The translations under genes were made by a program, and so were the position numbers. A model generated the notes under the pieces. That model did no database searches. It was not told where the DNA came from and was given only the letters and a program-made list of their open reading frames with translations. From an uncultured virus (IMG/VR IMGVR_UViG_3300044655_000681) (Duplodnaviria > Heunggongvirae > Uroviricota > Caudoviricetes), in the IMG/VR virus record IMGVR_UViG_3300044655_000681: 64,000 nucleotides of DNA; one strand, given 5' to 3'. This document shows, in pieces, positions 8,267 to 17,817 of the stretch (positions are counted from its first letter, which is position 1; each line of letters starts with the position of its first letter).

Positions 8267-8547
8267 TAATCTCTCCTTGCATCATTTTTACCGTCTGCTC
8301 GAGCAATACGGTCTACATCAGGGCGTAGGCCTAATGCGTTACTAACGATAGTATCAATACGTACCACGTCATGGTTCATTGTTTTTACACGATTGTCTAA
8401 TGCTGTGATGATGCCAGCCATGCCCTTGATTGATCCAAGTACACCGCCTAGTAATAGTTTGATTGTTAGATAAACGAAATAGCCACCAGCTAAGGCCATT
8501 GCTACAGGAAACCCTAGGTCTCCAATGAGTTTGAAAATGTCGCCCAT
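8266..8547 (-). CDS. Small membrane protein; paralogue of 6455-6781
   Basis: AGGAG RBS before MGDIF; TATAAATA late-type promoter upstream (8582-8589, minus strand). Confidence 0.7.
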   Translation of the reverse strand: MGDIFKLIGDLGFPVAMALAGGYFVYLTIKLLLGGVLGSIKGMAGIITALDNRVKTMNHDVVRIDTIVSNALGLRPDVDRIARADGKNDARRD

Positions 8548-8597
8548 ACTTGCTCCTTGAATTTTGTTGTTATTGTACAAGTATTTATAGATTTTGG

Positions 8598-8626
8598 TTG
8601 ACTTTTCGATAAGTAGACTATATAAT
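8598..8626 (+). promoter_or_regulatory. Early sigma70-type promoter
   Basis: TTGACT-17-TATAAT preceded by ATTTTGG. Confidence 0.8.
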
Positions 8627-8654
8627 GTAGTTGTATTGTTAATAAGGAATAGTA

Positions 8655-8957
8655 ATGAAAAGACTAATTACAGCATTAATTTTAGCAACTTTAAGCACAA
8701 CTGCCTTAGCAGACGGAAGAGGTCACGGTCATCATGGATATCGTGGTAACAATAGCGGTGGAGATGTACTAATTCCATTAATTGTTGGCGGTACTATAGG
8801 TTACATTATTGCTCAACCAAGGCAGCAAACAGTAGTAGCACAACAACCAGTTAATCTAAATCAAAGTTATGGGGCTAGCCAACCAATTTACGAATATCAA
8901 GATATCTACTTTGAAGATTGTGGTTGTATGAAACGTGTGCTAATTAAGATTAATTAA
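8655..8957 (+). CDS. Hypothetical secreted protein
   Basis: Signal peptide, Gly/His-rich segment, AAGGA RBS. Confidence 0.65.
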   Translation: MKRLITALILATLSTTALADGRGHGHHGYRGNNSGGDVLIPLIVGGTIGYIIAQPRQQTVVAQQPVNLNQSYGASQPIYEYQDIYFEDCGCMKRVLIKIN

Positions 8958-10227
8958 TTAGGGTTCTAAAGATATTATCGTAGGCTATGGCGGTGTCATC
9001 ATAGCCTATTTCTTTGAATAAGGTTTTAGTATTATCCAATAATTCTCTGGAAATGATTTCTTTAAATTCGCCGTAAAAATGATTGAAATTGTGTTCTACA
9101 ATTGGTTCAATACGTCGAATAACCTGCTGTTTATCGGCATCAGATAAGTTACAGTACCAGTTAAGTTGGTCTACTACAGCTTCAACTCTACGATCATTGT
9201 CTTTAATTTGATCATATCGTTCATCTATAATACCCTCAAATGTTTTAAAACCATAGCTACGCAAATACTCCAAGTTACCGGGAGCAGCCAGCAACATAAA
9301 AGGCTGTTTGCCAACAATAGGTTTGAATATTTTTTCTGTTAGATGTAGTTTGTTATAGTAAAATACGGTTTCGGTTACTATATGCCAAAAGCTATCAACG
9401 TCTGGCATATCATTAAATGGGGCATAGCTATTGATATTTCTTAAAACATTAGCACTTGCTGATCCTAATACAGATGGGGAGTCGATGACTAATTTATCAA
9501 TATTAGTTAGATTTCTTTCTATGTGAAGTTTAGCATGCTCGCTTAATTTACTATTAGTGTTGGCAGTTTCATCTCGCCAATCGTCAAATAAGTTATCAGT
9601 GACATTAAAACTAACTAGGCCTTTGGATAATAAGCCGGCCTCTGCTAACTGAGATATAAAATATATTCTATAACTTCTATCGTCGGTTATTATTCTATTA
9701 AAGCTGATAAAATCATACTTATAATTACGAATAACTTGTTTACTAAAGTTCAACGCATGAAATCCACGATACCAATCTAAGGCCGCAAAGCCGTGGAAGA
9801 AGTAATATAAACTGCTAAGATTGTATCTAGACACACTCTCATTGACCTCAGGAGAAATTTCACTGGTAACTAGTGTGCCCTGTTTATAGATAAATTCTAC
9901 ATGGTCTTTGTAAAATTCTATTTCTTCAACATCTACAGGTATGCCGTAAGGTAATGAATTGGTATCACATAGATCTTGTATTTGTTCTAAAGTATACTTA
10001 TTTGGCCAAGTGAACATATCTATATAATCGTTGGAAAATTTATTAATAAATGGTTCTTGATCATACAGGAAGATTTTTCTAGTGGTGTGCTTCCCAGGCG
10101 TAAATATTGATATATCAGAAAGAGTTAAATTAGATGTTTTTATTACTCCATTTTTTAAATATGAGAGTTCAAACTCTTTAAAAAGTTCTTGGTACAAAAA
10201 TTCGTAAACGTGATCAATTTGGAGCAT
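8950..10227 (-). CDS. Hypothetical protein, possibly glycosyltransferase-like
   Basis: Long ORF with IVTETVFY..LTEKIFKPI...QPF...L.YLRSYGFKTF motif common in large-phage modification islands. Confidence 0.55.
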   Translation of the reverse strand: MLQIDHVYEFLYQELFKEFELSYLKNGVIKTSNLTLSDISIFTPGKHTTRKIFLYDQEPFINKFSNDYIDMFTWPNKYTLEQIQDLCDTNSLPYGIPVDVEEIEFYKDHVEFIYKQGTLVTSEISPEVNESVSRYNLSSLYYFFHGFAALDWYRGFHALNFSKQVIRNYKYDFISFNRIITDDRSYRIYFISQLAEAGLLSKGLVSFNVTDNLFDDWRDETANTNSKLSEHAKLHIERNLTNIDKLVIDSPSVLGSASANVLRNINSYAPFNDMPDVDSFWHIVTETVFYYNKLHLTEKIFKPIVGKQPFMLLAAPGNLEYLRSYGFKTFEGIIDERYDQIKDNDRRVEAVVDQLNWYCNLSDADKQQVIRRIEPIVEHNFNHFYGEFKEIISRELLDNTKTLFKEIGYDDTAIAYDNIFRTLIN

Positions 10228-10228
10228 T

Positions 10229-11467
10229 ATGTCAATTCAATTAAAAAATGTAGGATTCATCGGAATCGGTAAACTTGGCCTACCATGTGCTGAGGTAATG
10301 GCACAACACTATGATGTTACTGGCTATGATATTTATCTTAAAGAATCTGACAGAATAAAGATTTCACCTACATTAGCGGGCGCCGTTCAAGGCAAGGACA
10401 TTATCTTTGTAGCAGTACAAACACCACATGATCCAATCTATGGTGGTGAAGAACCAATTACACATTTAGCTAATAAGGACTTTGATTATACTGTTGTTAA
10501 TCAAGTCTTGGCAGACATTAATCAATATGTTACACAAAATCAGTTAGTGGTACTAATTTCAACTGTATTACCGGGCACAACACGTAGGGAACTACGCAAA
10601 CATATTACCAACGCACGGTTCATCTATAACCCATATCTTATTGCCATGGGCAGTGTGGAATGGGACATGGTTAATCCGGAAATGATTATTATTGGCACTG
10701 AAGATGGTAGCCAAACAGGTGATGCTCGACTACTTCGAGACTTCTACACACCCCTTATGGAAAACGATCCGCGCTACGCTATTGGCACTTGGGATGAAGC
10801 AGAATGTATTAAAGTATTTTACAACACGTTTATCAGTGCTAAAATCAGTCTAGTCAATATGATACAAGACGTGGCTATGCGGCAAGGCAATATTGACGTT
10901 GATGTAGTTACAGATGCCTTAGCACAATCTACTACACGTATCATGAGTCCCAAGTATATGACAGCAGGTATGGGCGATGCTGGACCGTGCCATCCACGTG
11001 ATAATATTGCGCTACGCTATCTAGCACAGGAATTAAACTTAGGATACGATCTCTTTGACACCATTATGAAGGCTCGTGAAAAGCAAGCAGATAATTTAGC
11101 CATGTATCTAACAGACTTATCAGATCAGTACGATTTACCAGTCGTCATTCATGGCAAGGCCTATAAGCCCGATATTGACATGCTGGACGGTAGTTACAGT
11201 TTACTAATCGGTCATTCCTTAGATGATGTGCGCATACCTTACGTATACGCAGATCCATTAACTGGCGACGTTGTTGAGGATGGTACTGACGCTATTGTAT
11301 TACTGGCGCACAATCGCCAAGTAACTTACGGGTACATTGGAGAATTACCTGAACAACAGTTGTACTTTAAACCAGGACCTAACAGTATTATCTTAGATCC
11401 GTGGCGCAAGTTCACTAGTCCTAATTACAAAGTAATCCATTACGGAAATACTCGTGGTCAATTTTAA
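10229..11467 (+). CDS. UDP-glucose/GDP-mannose dehydrogenase family protein
   Basis: GFIGIGKLG Rossmann motif, STVLPGT, AECIKVFYN, G.AGPCHPRD catalytic Cys. Confidence 0.88.
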   Translation: MSIQLKNVGFIGIGKLGLPCAEVMAQHYDVTGYDIYLKESDRIKISPTLAGAVQGKDIIFVAVQTPHDPIYGGEEPITHLANKDFDYTVVNQVLADINQYVTQNQLVVLISTVLPGTTRRELRKHITNARFIYNPYLIAMGSVEWDMVNPEMIIIGTEDGSQTGDARLLRDFYTPLMENDPRYAIGTWDEAECIKVFYNTFISAKISLVNMIQDVAMRQGNIDVDVVTDALAQSTTRIMSPKYMTAGMGDAGPCHPRDNIALRYLAQELNLGYDLFDTIMKAREKQADNLAMYLTDLSDQYDLPVVIHGKAYKPDIDMLDGSYSLLIGHSLDDVRIPYVYADPLTGDVVEDGTDAIVLLAHNRQVTYGYIGELPEQQLYFKPGPNSIILDPWRKFTSPNYKVIHYGNTRGQF

Positions 11468-11957
11468 CATAGAACCATTCTGGGATGATAGCTTTAAACA
11501 ACTAGACTACAGTGTAGAAGCATTTAACAATCCTAACGACACAGCTGAGTGGATGGAACAGGGCTATCCTGGTAAGTTCACTGGTGCTATGTGCGACATG
11601 CGTAAGTCTCAGCCTGTTTGGAATCCTATGTTTGTTAAATACTTTAATAGGCTCGGGTGGAAGGATGTGGGCACTAGTTATTATCGTATGAGCAGTGGCA
11701 CTATATTGCCTGTTCATCAAGATACCTACAAACGCTACATAGAACTGTTTGACCTCGAGGGTCAAGAACATACTATACATCGTGCCATAGTATTCTTAGA
11801 ACCGTGGGCCAGTGGGCATTACTTAGAAGTTAATAGTGAACCTGTTACTAAGTGGTCAGCCGGCGATGTAGTTACTTGGTGTTACGATACACCACATATG
11901 GCAGCCAACATGGGACTAACACCGAGATACACTTTACAAATTACAGGACATGTATGA
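11454..11957 (+). CDS. Putative 2OG-Fe(II) oxygenase (cupin fold)
   Basis: PVHQD ... PHMAAN ... RYTLQITG (HxD...H...R). Confidence 0.7.
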   Translation: MVNFNIEPFWDDSFKQLDYSVEAFNNPNDTAEWMEQGYPGKFTGAMCDMRKSQPVWNPMFVKYFNRLGWKDVGTSYYRMSSGTILPVHQDTYKRYIELFDLEGQEHTIHRAIVFLEPWASGHYLEVNSEPVTKWSAGDVVTWCYDTPHMAANMGLTPRYTLQITGHV

Positions 11958-12868
11958 AATTAAGCACGAGCAATGAATGGGGTAAATTAAAAAGCATAGT
12001 GGTAGGTTCAGCTACACACGCAAACTGGCCCAGTAATGATCCGGTGTTTAGCCAAGAAAGTTCTAAGACCTTATGGACAGAAACTCCGGTGCCCAGTGGC
12101 GCAGTGCCGCAATGGATTGTAGATGAAGCTAACGAAGATTTAGATGAGCTCGCCGGTGTATTAACTAAACTAGGTGTCGAAGTACATCGTCCTAATGCTA
12201 TGAACTTTGTTGAACGTGGGGGTATGTACAACTACTGCCCTCGTGACAGATTGTTGATTGCTGGCGATCGTATAATTGATCCTGCTATGATGTATCCTTG
12301 TCGAGACCAAGAACGTGAAACACTGGACTATGTGATTGACAGTGCGCGAGCTGTGTACAATATGCCACGTGGACAGGGTATGGTTATGGATGCTGCTAAT
12401 GTAGCACGATTGGGGCGTACCTGGTTGTACTTAGAAAGTGCCAGTGGCAATCGCAAAGCCTATGAATGGCTTTGCGAACAACTGCCTGATATCACAATTG
12501 AACTAGTAAACTTCTATAGCGGCGTACATATTGATTCAACTATCTGTCCCCTACGTGAAGGCTTTGTGGTATTAAATGCCAGTCGAGTTACTCCAGCTAA
12601 TTGCCCCAAGGCCTTTGAGGGATGGACTAAACTTTGGGTCAACGATTGTGTGCCACAAACATTCTATGAGTATCCTTACGCTAGTAAATGGATTGGCATG
12701 AACATGCTGAGTATTGATCCTAACACTGTTATTGTAGATCGTCAGCAATTTGACCTAATAGAAGACCTAGAACAGGCTGGGTTTACAACCATCCCTTTAC
12801 AAATGCGCCACGCTAGAACACTAGGGGGCGGGTTCCATTGTGTAACACTTGATTTAGTTAGAGAATAA
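11954..12868 (+). CDS. Amidinotransferase (glycine/inosamine-phosphate amidinotransferase family)
   Basis: NEWGKLKSIVVG, YCPRD, DAAN, HIDST, LGGGFHCVTLDLVR with catalytic Cys; ATGA overlap start. Confidence 0.88.
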   Translation: MKLSTSNEWGKLKSIVVGSATHANWPSNDPVFSQESSKTLWTETPVPSGAVPQWIVDEANEDLDELAGVLTKLGVEVHRPNAMNFVERGGMYNYCPRDRLLIAGDRIIDPAMMYPCRDQERETLDYVIDSARAVYNMPRGQGMVMDAANVARLGRTWLYLESASGNRKAYEWLCEQLPDITIELVNFYSGVHIDSTICPLREGFVVLNASRVTPANCPKAFEGWTKLWVNDCVPQTFYEYPYASKWIGMNMLSIDPNTVIVDRQQFDLIEDLEQAGFTTIPLQMRHARTLGGGFHCVTLDLVRE

Positions 12869-12896
12869 CTAAATATTTGTAACAATTGGAAACATT

Positions 12897-13628
12897 ATGC
12901 CGCTAAGTTTTGCGACCTACACTAATATATCTGTAAATGCTCTAGAGTTTAATCCTCGTAGCCAAGATGTCATTACTAAAAAACAAGAAATAATCAGTAG
13001 TATCTCTTCTCATTACAGTAAGAATCCTACTAGTGTGTTGTTTTTTGGCTTCAGTCCGATGATACTGGGTATGACATATAAACAAATTTTCGTCACGGGC
13101 ATATCCGATGAAACAAAAAATTACCTAGACCGCAGCGGAATTAAATACACATACATCGAAACTAATCAGTTAGACAACTATAAGAAACAATTTAGTTGGG
13201 TAATTGCCAGCGATGAGTATTTAACATTTGCCAGCACCGAAGATGAACAGCGTACTAATGTTGAAGTTTTGGCTAGTTTAGCCAAAGACCTAATAGTAAC
13301 TACGTTGAAGGATTATAAGAATCAAGATTTTAAAGATAGAGAATTTAGTCAACCGTTAGCAGTACACAATGGTAAGGATCATAAGATATTTTTAGAATAT
13401 CACAATTATGATTATGAAGATAAAAATTCGTGGACTACAAGCGTTTATGAATTACAAGGCAATAATAGTATAAGCTACGGTCCGTTTGCTCGTCGTAGTA
13501 TGTTTTTTAAACAAATGGCCAAGTTTAGTATTGATGCTGGAGCAAAGAATTTCTTTGTACACAAAAATTTAATGTATAAAAGTCTCATCAAAAAGAATTA
13601 TGAGCATGTGATTAGTATAAGTTTCTAA
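12897..13628 (+). CDS. Hypothetical protein (possibly degenerate methyltransferase fold)
   Basis: 243-aa ORF with a start after a TAAATA motif; function not recognisable. Confidence 0.55.
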   Translation: MPLSFATYTNISVNALEFNPRSQDVITKKQEIISSISSHYSKNPTSVLFFGFSPMILGMTYKQIFVTGISDETKNYLDRSGIKYTYIETNQLDNYKKQFSWVIASDEYLTFASTEDEQRTNVEVLASLAKDLIVTTLKDYKNQDFKDREFSQPLAVHNGKDHKIFLEYHNYDYEDKNSWTTSVYELQGNNSISYGPFARRSMFFKQMAKFSIDAGAKNFFVHKNLMYKSLIKKNYEHVISISF

Positions 13629-13647
13629 TCCGTTTTTCGAGAATACC

Positions 13648-14916
13648 ATGGATATCAATGATCAACTGCAGTCTATCGTTGCCGGTTTGATTGGCAACCT
13701 TAAAACTAGTCTAGAGCAAGAACTACAAGACAAAATTTCTAAAGAAGTAGTAGCTAAAGTAGCAAACACTGAATTAGATTCTATAATTTCTAAACAAATA
13801 GAAGCAGAGCTAGCTAGCAGGTTAGAGAAATTTAACTTCGCAGACACTAGCAAAGCTCATCTAACTAAATTAACCGCAGACATTACTAAAGAAATTGGTG
13901 ACAACATTGGCGAACAAGCACGTAATCAAGTAACTAGTGAAGTAGCCAGACGACTAGCACTTATCGATCTCGGACAACAAGTGGATGAGTTAGTAAAAAG
14001 CAAATTAGAATCTATTATTAAATTAAATAAATTCCCAGAACGTAGCATTCCACATACTAGTATCCAATTTGATAAATTTACCATCAGTGGTAATGTCGTC
14101 AAGGGCGGCATTATATCAAATTTTAGTAGTACAGGTATAGAAGACTTAACAACTAAGGTACAAATGACCTTAATGGATCAGGCTGTGGCATTTGAAGGGC
14201 CTGTGTGGGCACCGAGTGCTAACATTAAAGGTAAACTGGTAGTTGACGGTGACCTAATAGTTAATGGTGAAATGCCCACAGACTGTAATGCGTTTATTAA
14301 AATTGTAGACTACAGCGCAGATAAAGTACGTACTTTACTTAACACAGAATTGTTCACAGGCTTCAGTGACATTATCTATAAACAGATTGCCGAAAAAGGT
14401 ATTGATCTAGACAAGATCACCCAAAGCGGTAAAGAAATTGTCAAAGGATCACAACTAGGATACCATATTGTAGACACAAACATTCAACGTTTGGGTATGG
14501 TACGAGATTTTCAAACCACAGGTGAAAATTTACTTACTAATACATTGTATGTAACTAATAAGCGTGTCGGTATTAACACTATAGATCCAAGTACAGTTTT
14601 TGTAATATGGGACGAAGAAGTTGAAATGATTGTGACTAAACGTCGGCAAGATGTCGGATTCATTGGAAGCCAGCGCAGACAAGCAGTTATTTTAGGTAGT
14701 AATAACAAAGATAATATAGTCTTAACTCCTGAAGGCACAGTTGAGATTGAAAATCTAAGTGTAGGGAATGTACCAATGACGTCAGCGGCTGTTATTCCCA
14801 ACTATGAAGCAATCACAGGCACGATTGTTTGGAATGAAGCTCCAAGTCTAGGAGGTCCAATGGGTTGGGTTTGTCTAGGTGGCACACGTTGGGCTAAATT
14901 TGGTAAGATAGAATAA
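13648..14916 (+). CDS. Putative virion structural protein (N-terminal coiled coil, C-terminal fibre-like beta domain)
   Basis: RVGINTIDP and GTIVWNEAPSLGGPMGWVC...WAKFG motifs typical of phage tail proteins. Confidence 0.55.
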   Translation: MDINDQLQSIVAGLIGNLKTSLEQELQDKISKEVVAKVANTELDSIISKQIEAELASRLEKFNFADTSKAHLTKLTADITKEIGDNIGEQARNQVTSEVARRLALIDLGQQVDELVKSKLESIIKLNKFPERSIPHTSIQFDKFTISGNVVKGGIISNFSSTGIEDLTTKVQMTLMDQAVAFEGPVWAPSANIKGKLVVDGDLIVNGEMPTDCNAFIKIVDYSADKVRTLLNTELFTGFSDIIYKQIAEKGIDLDKITQSGKEIVKGSQLGYHIVDTNIQRLGMVRDFQTTGENLLTNTLYVTNKRVGINTIDPSTVFVIWDEEVEMIVTKRRQDVGFIGSQRRQAVILGSNNKDNIVLTPEGTVEIENLSVGNVPMTSAAVIPNYEAITGTIVWNEAPSLGGPMGWVCLGGTRWAKFGKIE

Positions 14917-14919
14917 CGG

Positions 14920-14948
14920 TTGACAAACTAGTATTCTGGTGCTATAAT
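14920..14948 (+). promoter_or_regulatory. Consensus sigma70 promoter (leaderless start of uvsE)
   Basis: TTGACA-17-TATAAT with ATG 7 nt downstream and no SD sequence. Confidence 0.85.
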
Positions 14949-14954
14949 AGCTCT

Positions 14955-15986
14955 ATGAATACTAAACGCATTGGCTTTGCTTGTAAGTGGATTGATCGCC
15001 CCGATCAAGTTCTTGGGATCAAACCTCTTGATGATGCTAAACAGTATAATACCGGAAGTACAACAGTAGCATGGCTTAATCGCCAGACTAAGGAAGTTGC
15101 CGAACAAAAACTATGGGACCTAATGGTAGGTAACATAGAATCAACACGTAAGTTAATAGAACGAATTGGAACATTAAATGGCAACCTTAGGATGGTTCGT
15201 ATCAGCTCTGATATACTACCAGTATACACTCAGTCTGATTGGTGTTATTTTTGGCGCAAGCCTGATGTCGTTAGTTATTGCGAACAGGCGTTCAGTAAGG
15301 TGGGTGAGCTTGCTCGTTTGCTTGATGTGCGTTTATCTTTTCATCCAGGTCAATTCACAGTACTTGCGAGTGATAATGATGACATTGTTCGAAGAAGTAT
15401 AGACGAATTTGAATACCATGCGGATATGATCCGTTGGATGGGCTATGGTCGGACATTCCAAGACTTCAAGTGTAACGTACACATTGCTGGCCGTAGAGGC
15501 GCACAGGGTATACGCGATGTATATCCTAAACTTTCTGTTGAAGCACGTAATACTATTACTATTGAAAATGAGGAGATGAAACATGGACTTGTGGATTGCC
15601 TTGAGCTTTATGATCTTGTGCCAATTGTGCTTGATATACATCATCATTGGGTCCGAGAGGGAGAATATATCTCAAGTAATGACCCAAGAGTTGCGAAGGT
15701 TATTGAAAGTTGGCGTGGCGTGCGTCCTGCTTGTCATTACAGCGTATCTCGTGAGGACGTATTGGTTGGGCATGCTACTGACGTTGCCCCTAACTACCAA
15801 CAGCTTATAGAGACAGGATACAAAAAAAGCAAGATGCGAGCGCACAGTGACTTCTATTGGAACACTGCGGTTAACGAGTGGGCATTAGAACACCTAGCAT
15901 GGGCAGATATTATGTGCGAGGCTAAGGGTAAGAACTTGGCTAGCTTTAGTTTATATGAACGTGCTAAACAACTAGAGTTAGTATGA
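14955..15986 (+). CDS. uvsE: UV DNA damage endonuclease
   Basis: RIGFAC, RISSDILP, RLSFHPGQFTVLAS, TIEN, VLDIHHHW, HYS, RAHSD, DIMCEAKGK. Confidence 0.92.
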   Translation: MNTKRIGFACKWIDRPDQVLGIKPLDDAKQYNTGSTTVAWLNRQTKEVAEQKLWDLMVGNIESTRKLIERIGTLNGNLRMVRISSDILPVYTQSDWCYFWRKPDVVSYCEQAFSKVGELARLLDVRLSFHPGQFTVLASDNDDIVRRSIDEFEYHADMIRWMGYGRTFQDFKCNVHIAGRRGAQGIRDVYPKLSVEARNTITIENEEMKHGLVDCLELYDLVPIVLDIHHHWVREGEYISSNDPRVAKVIESWRGVRPACHYSVSREDVLVGHATDVAPNYQQLIETGYKKSKMRAHSDFYWNTAVNEWALEHLAWADIMCEAKGKNLASFSLYERAKQLELV

Positions 15987-16219
15987 TGGGTACAGGGTAC
16001 ACTGATTATTGGGGCAGTATGTGGGATAGCAGATGGGAATGGAGTTCAAAATTTGCTTATTTCCCACGTAGGTTAGATAGTGGCCAATGGATTTGGTTCA
16101 AAGAATATTATTATGGGGTTAGAGAAATTCACGTACCAGCCGGCGAAGGTCCAGTTATCTTACATCAATATATGACTCCAGAAGAATTTACTTGGGAAAT
16201 GCTAAAACAAGAGTCGTAA
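15983..16219 (+). CDS. Hypothetical protein
   Basis: ATGA overlap with uvsE; Trp-rich 78-aa ORF. Confidence 0.6.
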   Translation: MMGTGYTDYWGSMWDSRWEWSSKFAYFPRRLDSGQWIWFKEYYYGVREIHVPAGEGPVILHQYMTPEEFTWEMLKQES

Positions 16220-16243
16220 AAAAGCACCGGAAGGTGCTTTTTT
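16218..16243. terminator. Bidirectional intrinsic terminator
   Basis: AAAAAAGCACC-GGAA-GGTGCTTTTTT between convergent genes. Confidence 0.85.
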
Positions 16244-16255
16244 GTTGAGTTAAAC

Positions 16256-16612
16256 TTATTTCTTCTTAGCTGGCTTAGCCTTAGCAACCTGCGCTGGTTT
16301 GACTGCTCCGTTATCACCTTTAGTAGTACCGTTGGTGATAGATGGTTTAGCCTGGCTAACTTTGGCAACAGTTCCTGCCTTAACCTTGTTGCCACGATAC
16401 GGGCGACGTTTTTTGTTAGCTGGTTTTGGAGCAACTGCTGCCTTAACTGCGTCGGGGTTAGGGTCAGTAATAGCCCGTACCTTATTAATAGGTTTAGCTG
16501 GCGGAATGTAAATAGCCTCTGGCGCTTTTGTTTTACTTGGTGGTGTTAAAATTTCTTTTACAGTTTCTTGTGGAGCACCGAACCCGAAAAGTTGTTTGAT
16601 AAAATTAATCAT
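16256..16612 (-). CDS. Basic Lys/Ala/Pro-rich hypothetical protein
   Basis: AAGGAG RBS and ATAAATA motif upstream of MINFIKQLFG; histone-H1-like composition. Confidence 0.7.
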   Translation of the reverse strand: MINFIKQLFGFGAPQETVKEILTPPSKTKAPEAIYIPPAKPINKVRAITDPNPDAVKAAVAPKPANKKRRPYRGNKVKAGTVAKVSQAKPSITNGTTKGDNGAVKPAQVAKAKPAKKK

Positions 16613-16671
16613 TGAAAATCTCCTTGTATAATATTTATTCATTATATACGCATAGATAAAATTTATTTCAC

Positions 16672-16700
16672 TTGACATTTTGGTAAAATGACTGTATAAT
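16672..16700 (+). promoter_or_regulatory. Early promoter (repeat family)
   Basis: TTGACA TTTTGGTAAAATGACTG TATAAT. Confidence 0.85.
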
Positions 16701-16731
16701 AGCACTTATACACTAAAGCAATGGAGACACA

Positions 16732-17127
16732 ATGACATACACATTTGATGAAAACTTAGTTAGCGACCTACATAAAGATGCACGTGGTTCACGCCCAGAT
16801 GAATACTTTTGGGAAGAATGGACCAACATTGATGCGGCTGGCAAACAGTCGATTTGGGAACGTTTATTGGGTGAACTTGATGTTGCTATCGTTGAAGAAC
16901 AAACCCGTGAACAACAGGCAATTGCTAGTTTTGAAAAACACGTTGCTTCGTTGGAATCAATCAGCAACTCACGTAAACAATCTATTAGATGGATTGTTGA
17001 AGGGTTGGCTCTTACGGATTCAGATAAAATGTATGGTGGCGATTACATCTGCTACAAGTTAGGTCTACCATACAGCTATGCTAAAGAATTTGATGAAGTA
17101 CTGCAGGAATTGGCACTTTTTGGTTGA
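16732..17127 (+). CDS. Hypothetical early protein
   Basis: GGAG RBS, directly after a consensus promoter. Confidence 0.75.
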   Translation: MTYTFDENLVSDLHKDARGSRPDEYFWEEWTNIDAAGKQSIWERLLGELDVAIVEEQTREQQAIASFEKHVASLESISNSRKQSIRWIVEGLALTDSDKMYGGDYICYKLGLPYSYAKEFDEVLQELALFG

Positions 17128-17152
17128 CATTTTGGTTAAATGACTGTATAAT
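17124..17152 (+). promoter_or_regulatory. Early promoter (repeat family)
   Basis: TTGACA TTTTGGTTAAATGACTG TATAAT. Confidence 0.88.
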
Positions 17153-17184
17153 GCTACACATAAACTGTTAATAAGGAAGAACAA

Positions 17185-17469
17185 ATGGCATACGTAGTCT
17201 ACAACAAAGAAACAACTAAAACAATACGAGCTAAAGCATATGGTAAAGAATACTATGCTACAGAAGCTGCCGCTAAAGCGTTCTTAACACGTATGACCAA
17301 AATGGGCTATCGTAAAGAAGATTTTGCCGTAGCAGAAATTAGTGACTTCCGTGCTAACATTGAAAAGTATGAAACTGTTACTAATCTAATGTCAGGTAAA
17401 CCTGTTCGCCAAAGTGTTAACACTCCGTTGAGTTGTGATGTTAGCTCAGAAACTTATTGGAGCATGTAA
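17185..17469 (+). CDS. Hypothetical early protein
   Basis: AAGGA RBS; C-terminal NTPLSCDVSSETYWSM. Confidence 0.75.
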   Translation: MAYVVYNKETTKTIRAKAYGKEYYATEAAAKAFLTRMTKMGYRKEDFAVAEISDFRANIEKYETVTNLMSGKPVRQSVNTPLSCDVSSETYWSM

Positions 17470-17477
17470 GATTTTGG

Positions 17478-17506
17478 TTGACATTTTGGTTAAATGACTG
17501 TATAAT
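17478..17506 (+). promoter_or_regulatory. Early promoter (repeat family)
   Basis: Identical core to 17124-17152. Confidence 0.88.
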
Positions 17507-17538
17507 GTTACACATAAACTAATAACACGGAGCAAAAT

Positions 17539-17817
17539 ATGACAACTTCAATTAAAACACAAGCTGATTTAGATTGGGAAATACAAGCATACGGTATGAC
17601 AGAAGCTTCTGTCAAACACCTTGTAGAAACACAAGCCTTTCCAGGTACAGAGTTGATGTTTGCCGCTGGTATGTTAAGTGACGCCCAAGAAATACTTTCA
17701 GCAGAATGGAACCCCAACGGCGTAGATGCTCATCATGCTAACCGCGCTCGCCAGATGATTAACTGCGCCAAATACATCATGTTCAATCAAATGCGTGAAG
17801 AAAGAGCAGCAGCTTAA
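17539..17817 (+). CDS. Hypothetical early protein
   Basis: GGAG RBS; ends ERAAA. Confidence 0.75.
   Translation: MTTSIKTQADLDWEIQAYGMTEASVKHLVETQAFPGTELMFAAGMLSDAQEILSAEWNPNGVDAHHANRARQMINCAKYIMFNQMREERAAA

Noticed and set aside
11852..11953. Longer N-terminal extensions in the ORF track (e.g. 11852, 5619, 8201, 16705, 28790, 56892)
   Set aside because: They overlap neighbouring genes or promoters; downstream starts with RBS or stop-start coupling fit better.
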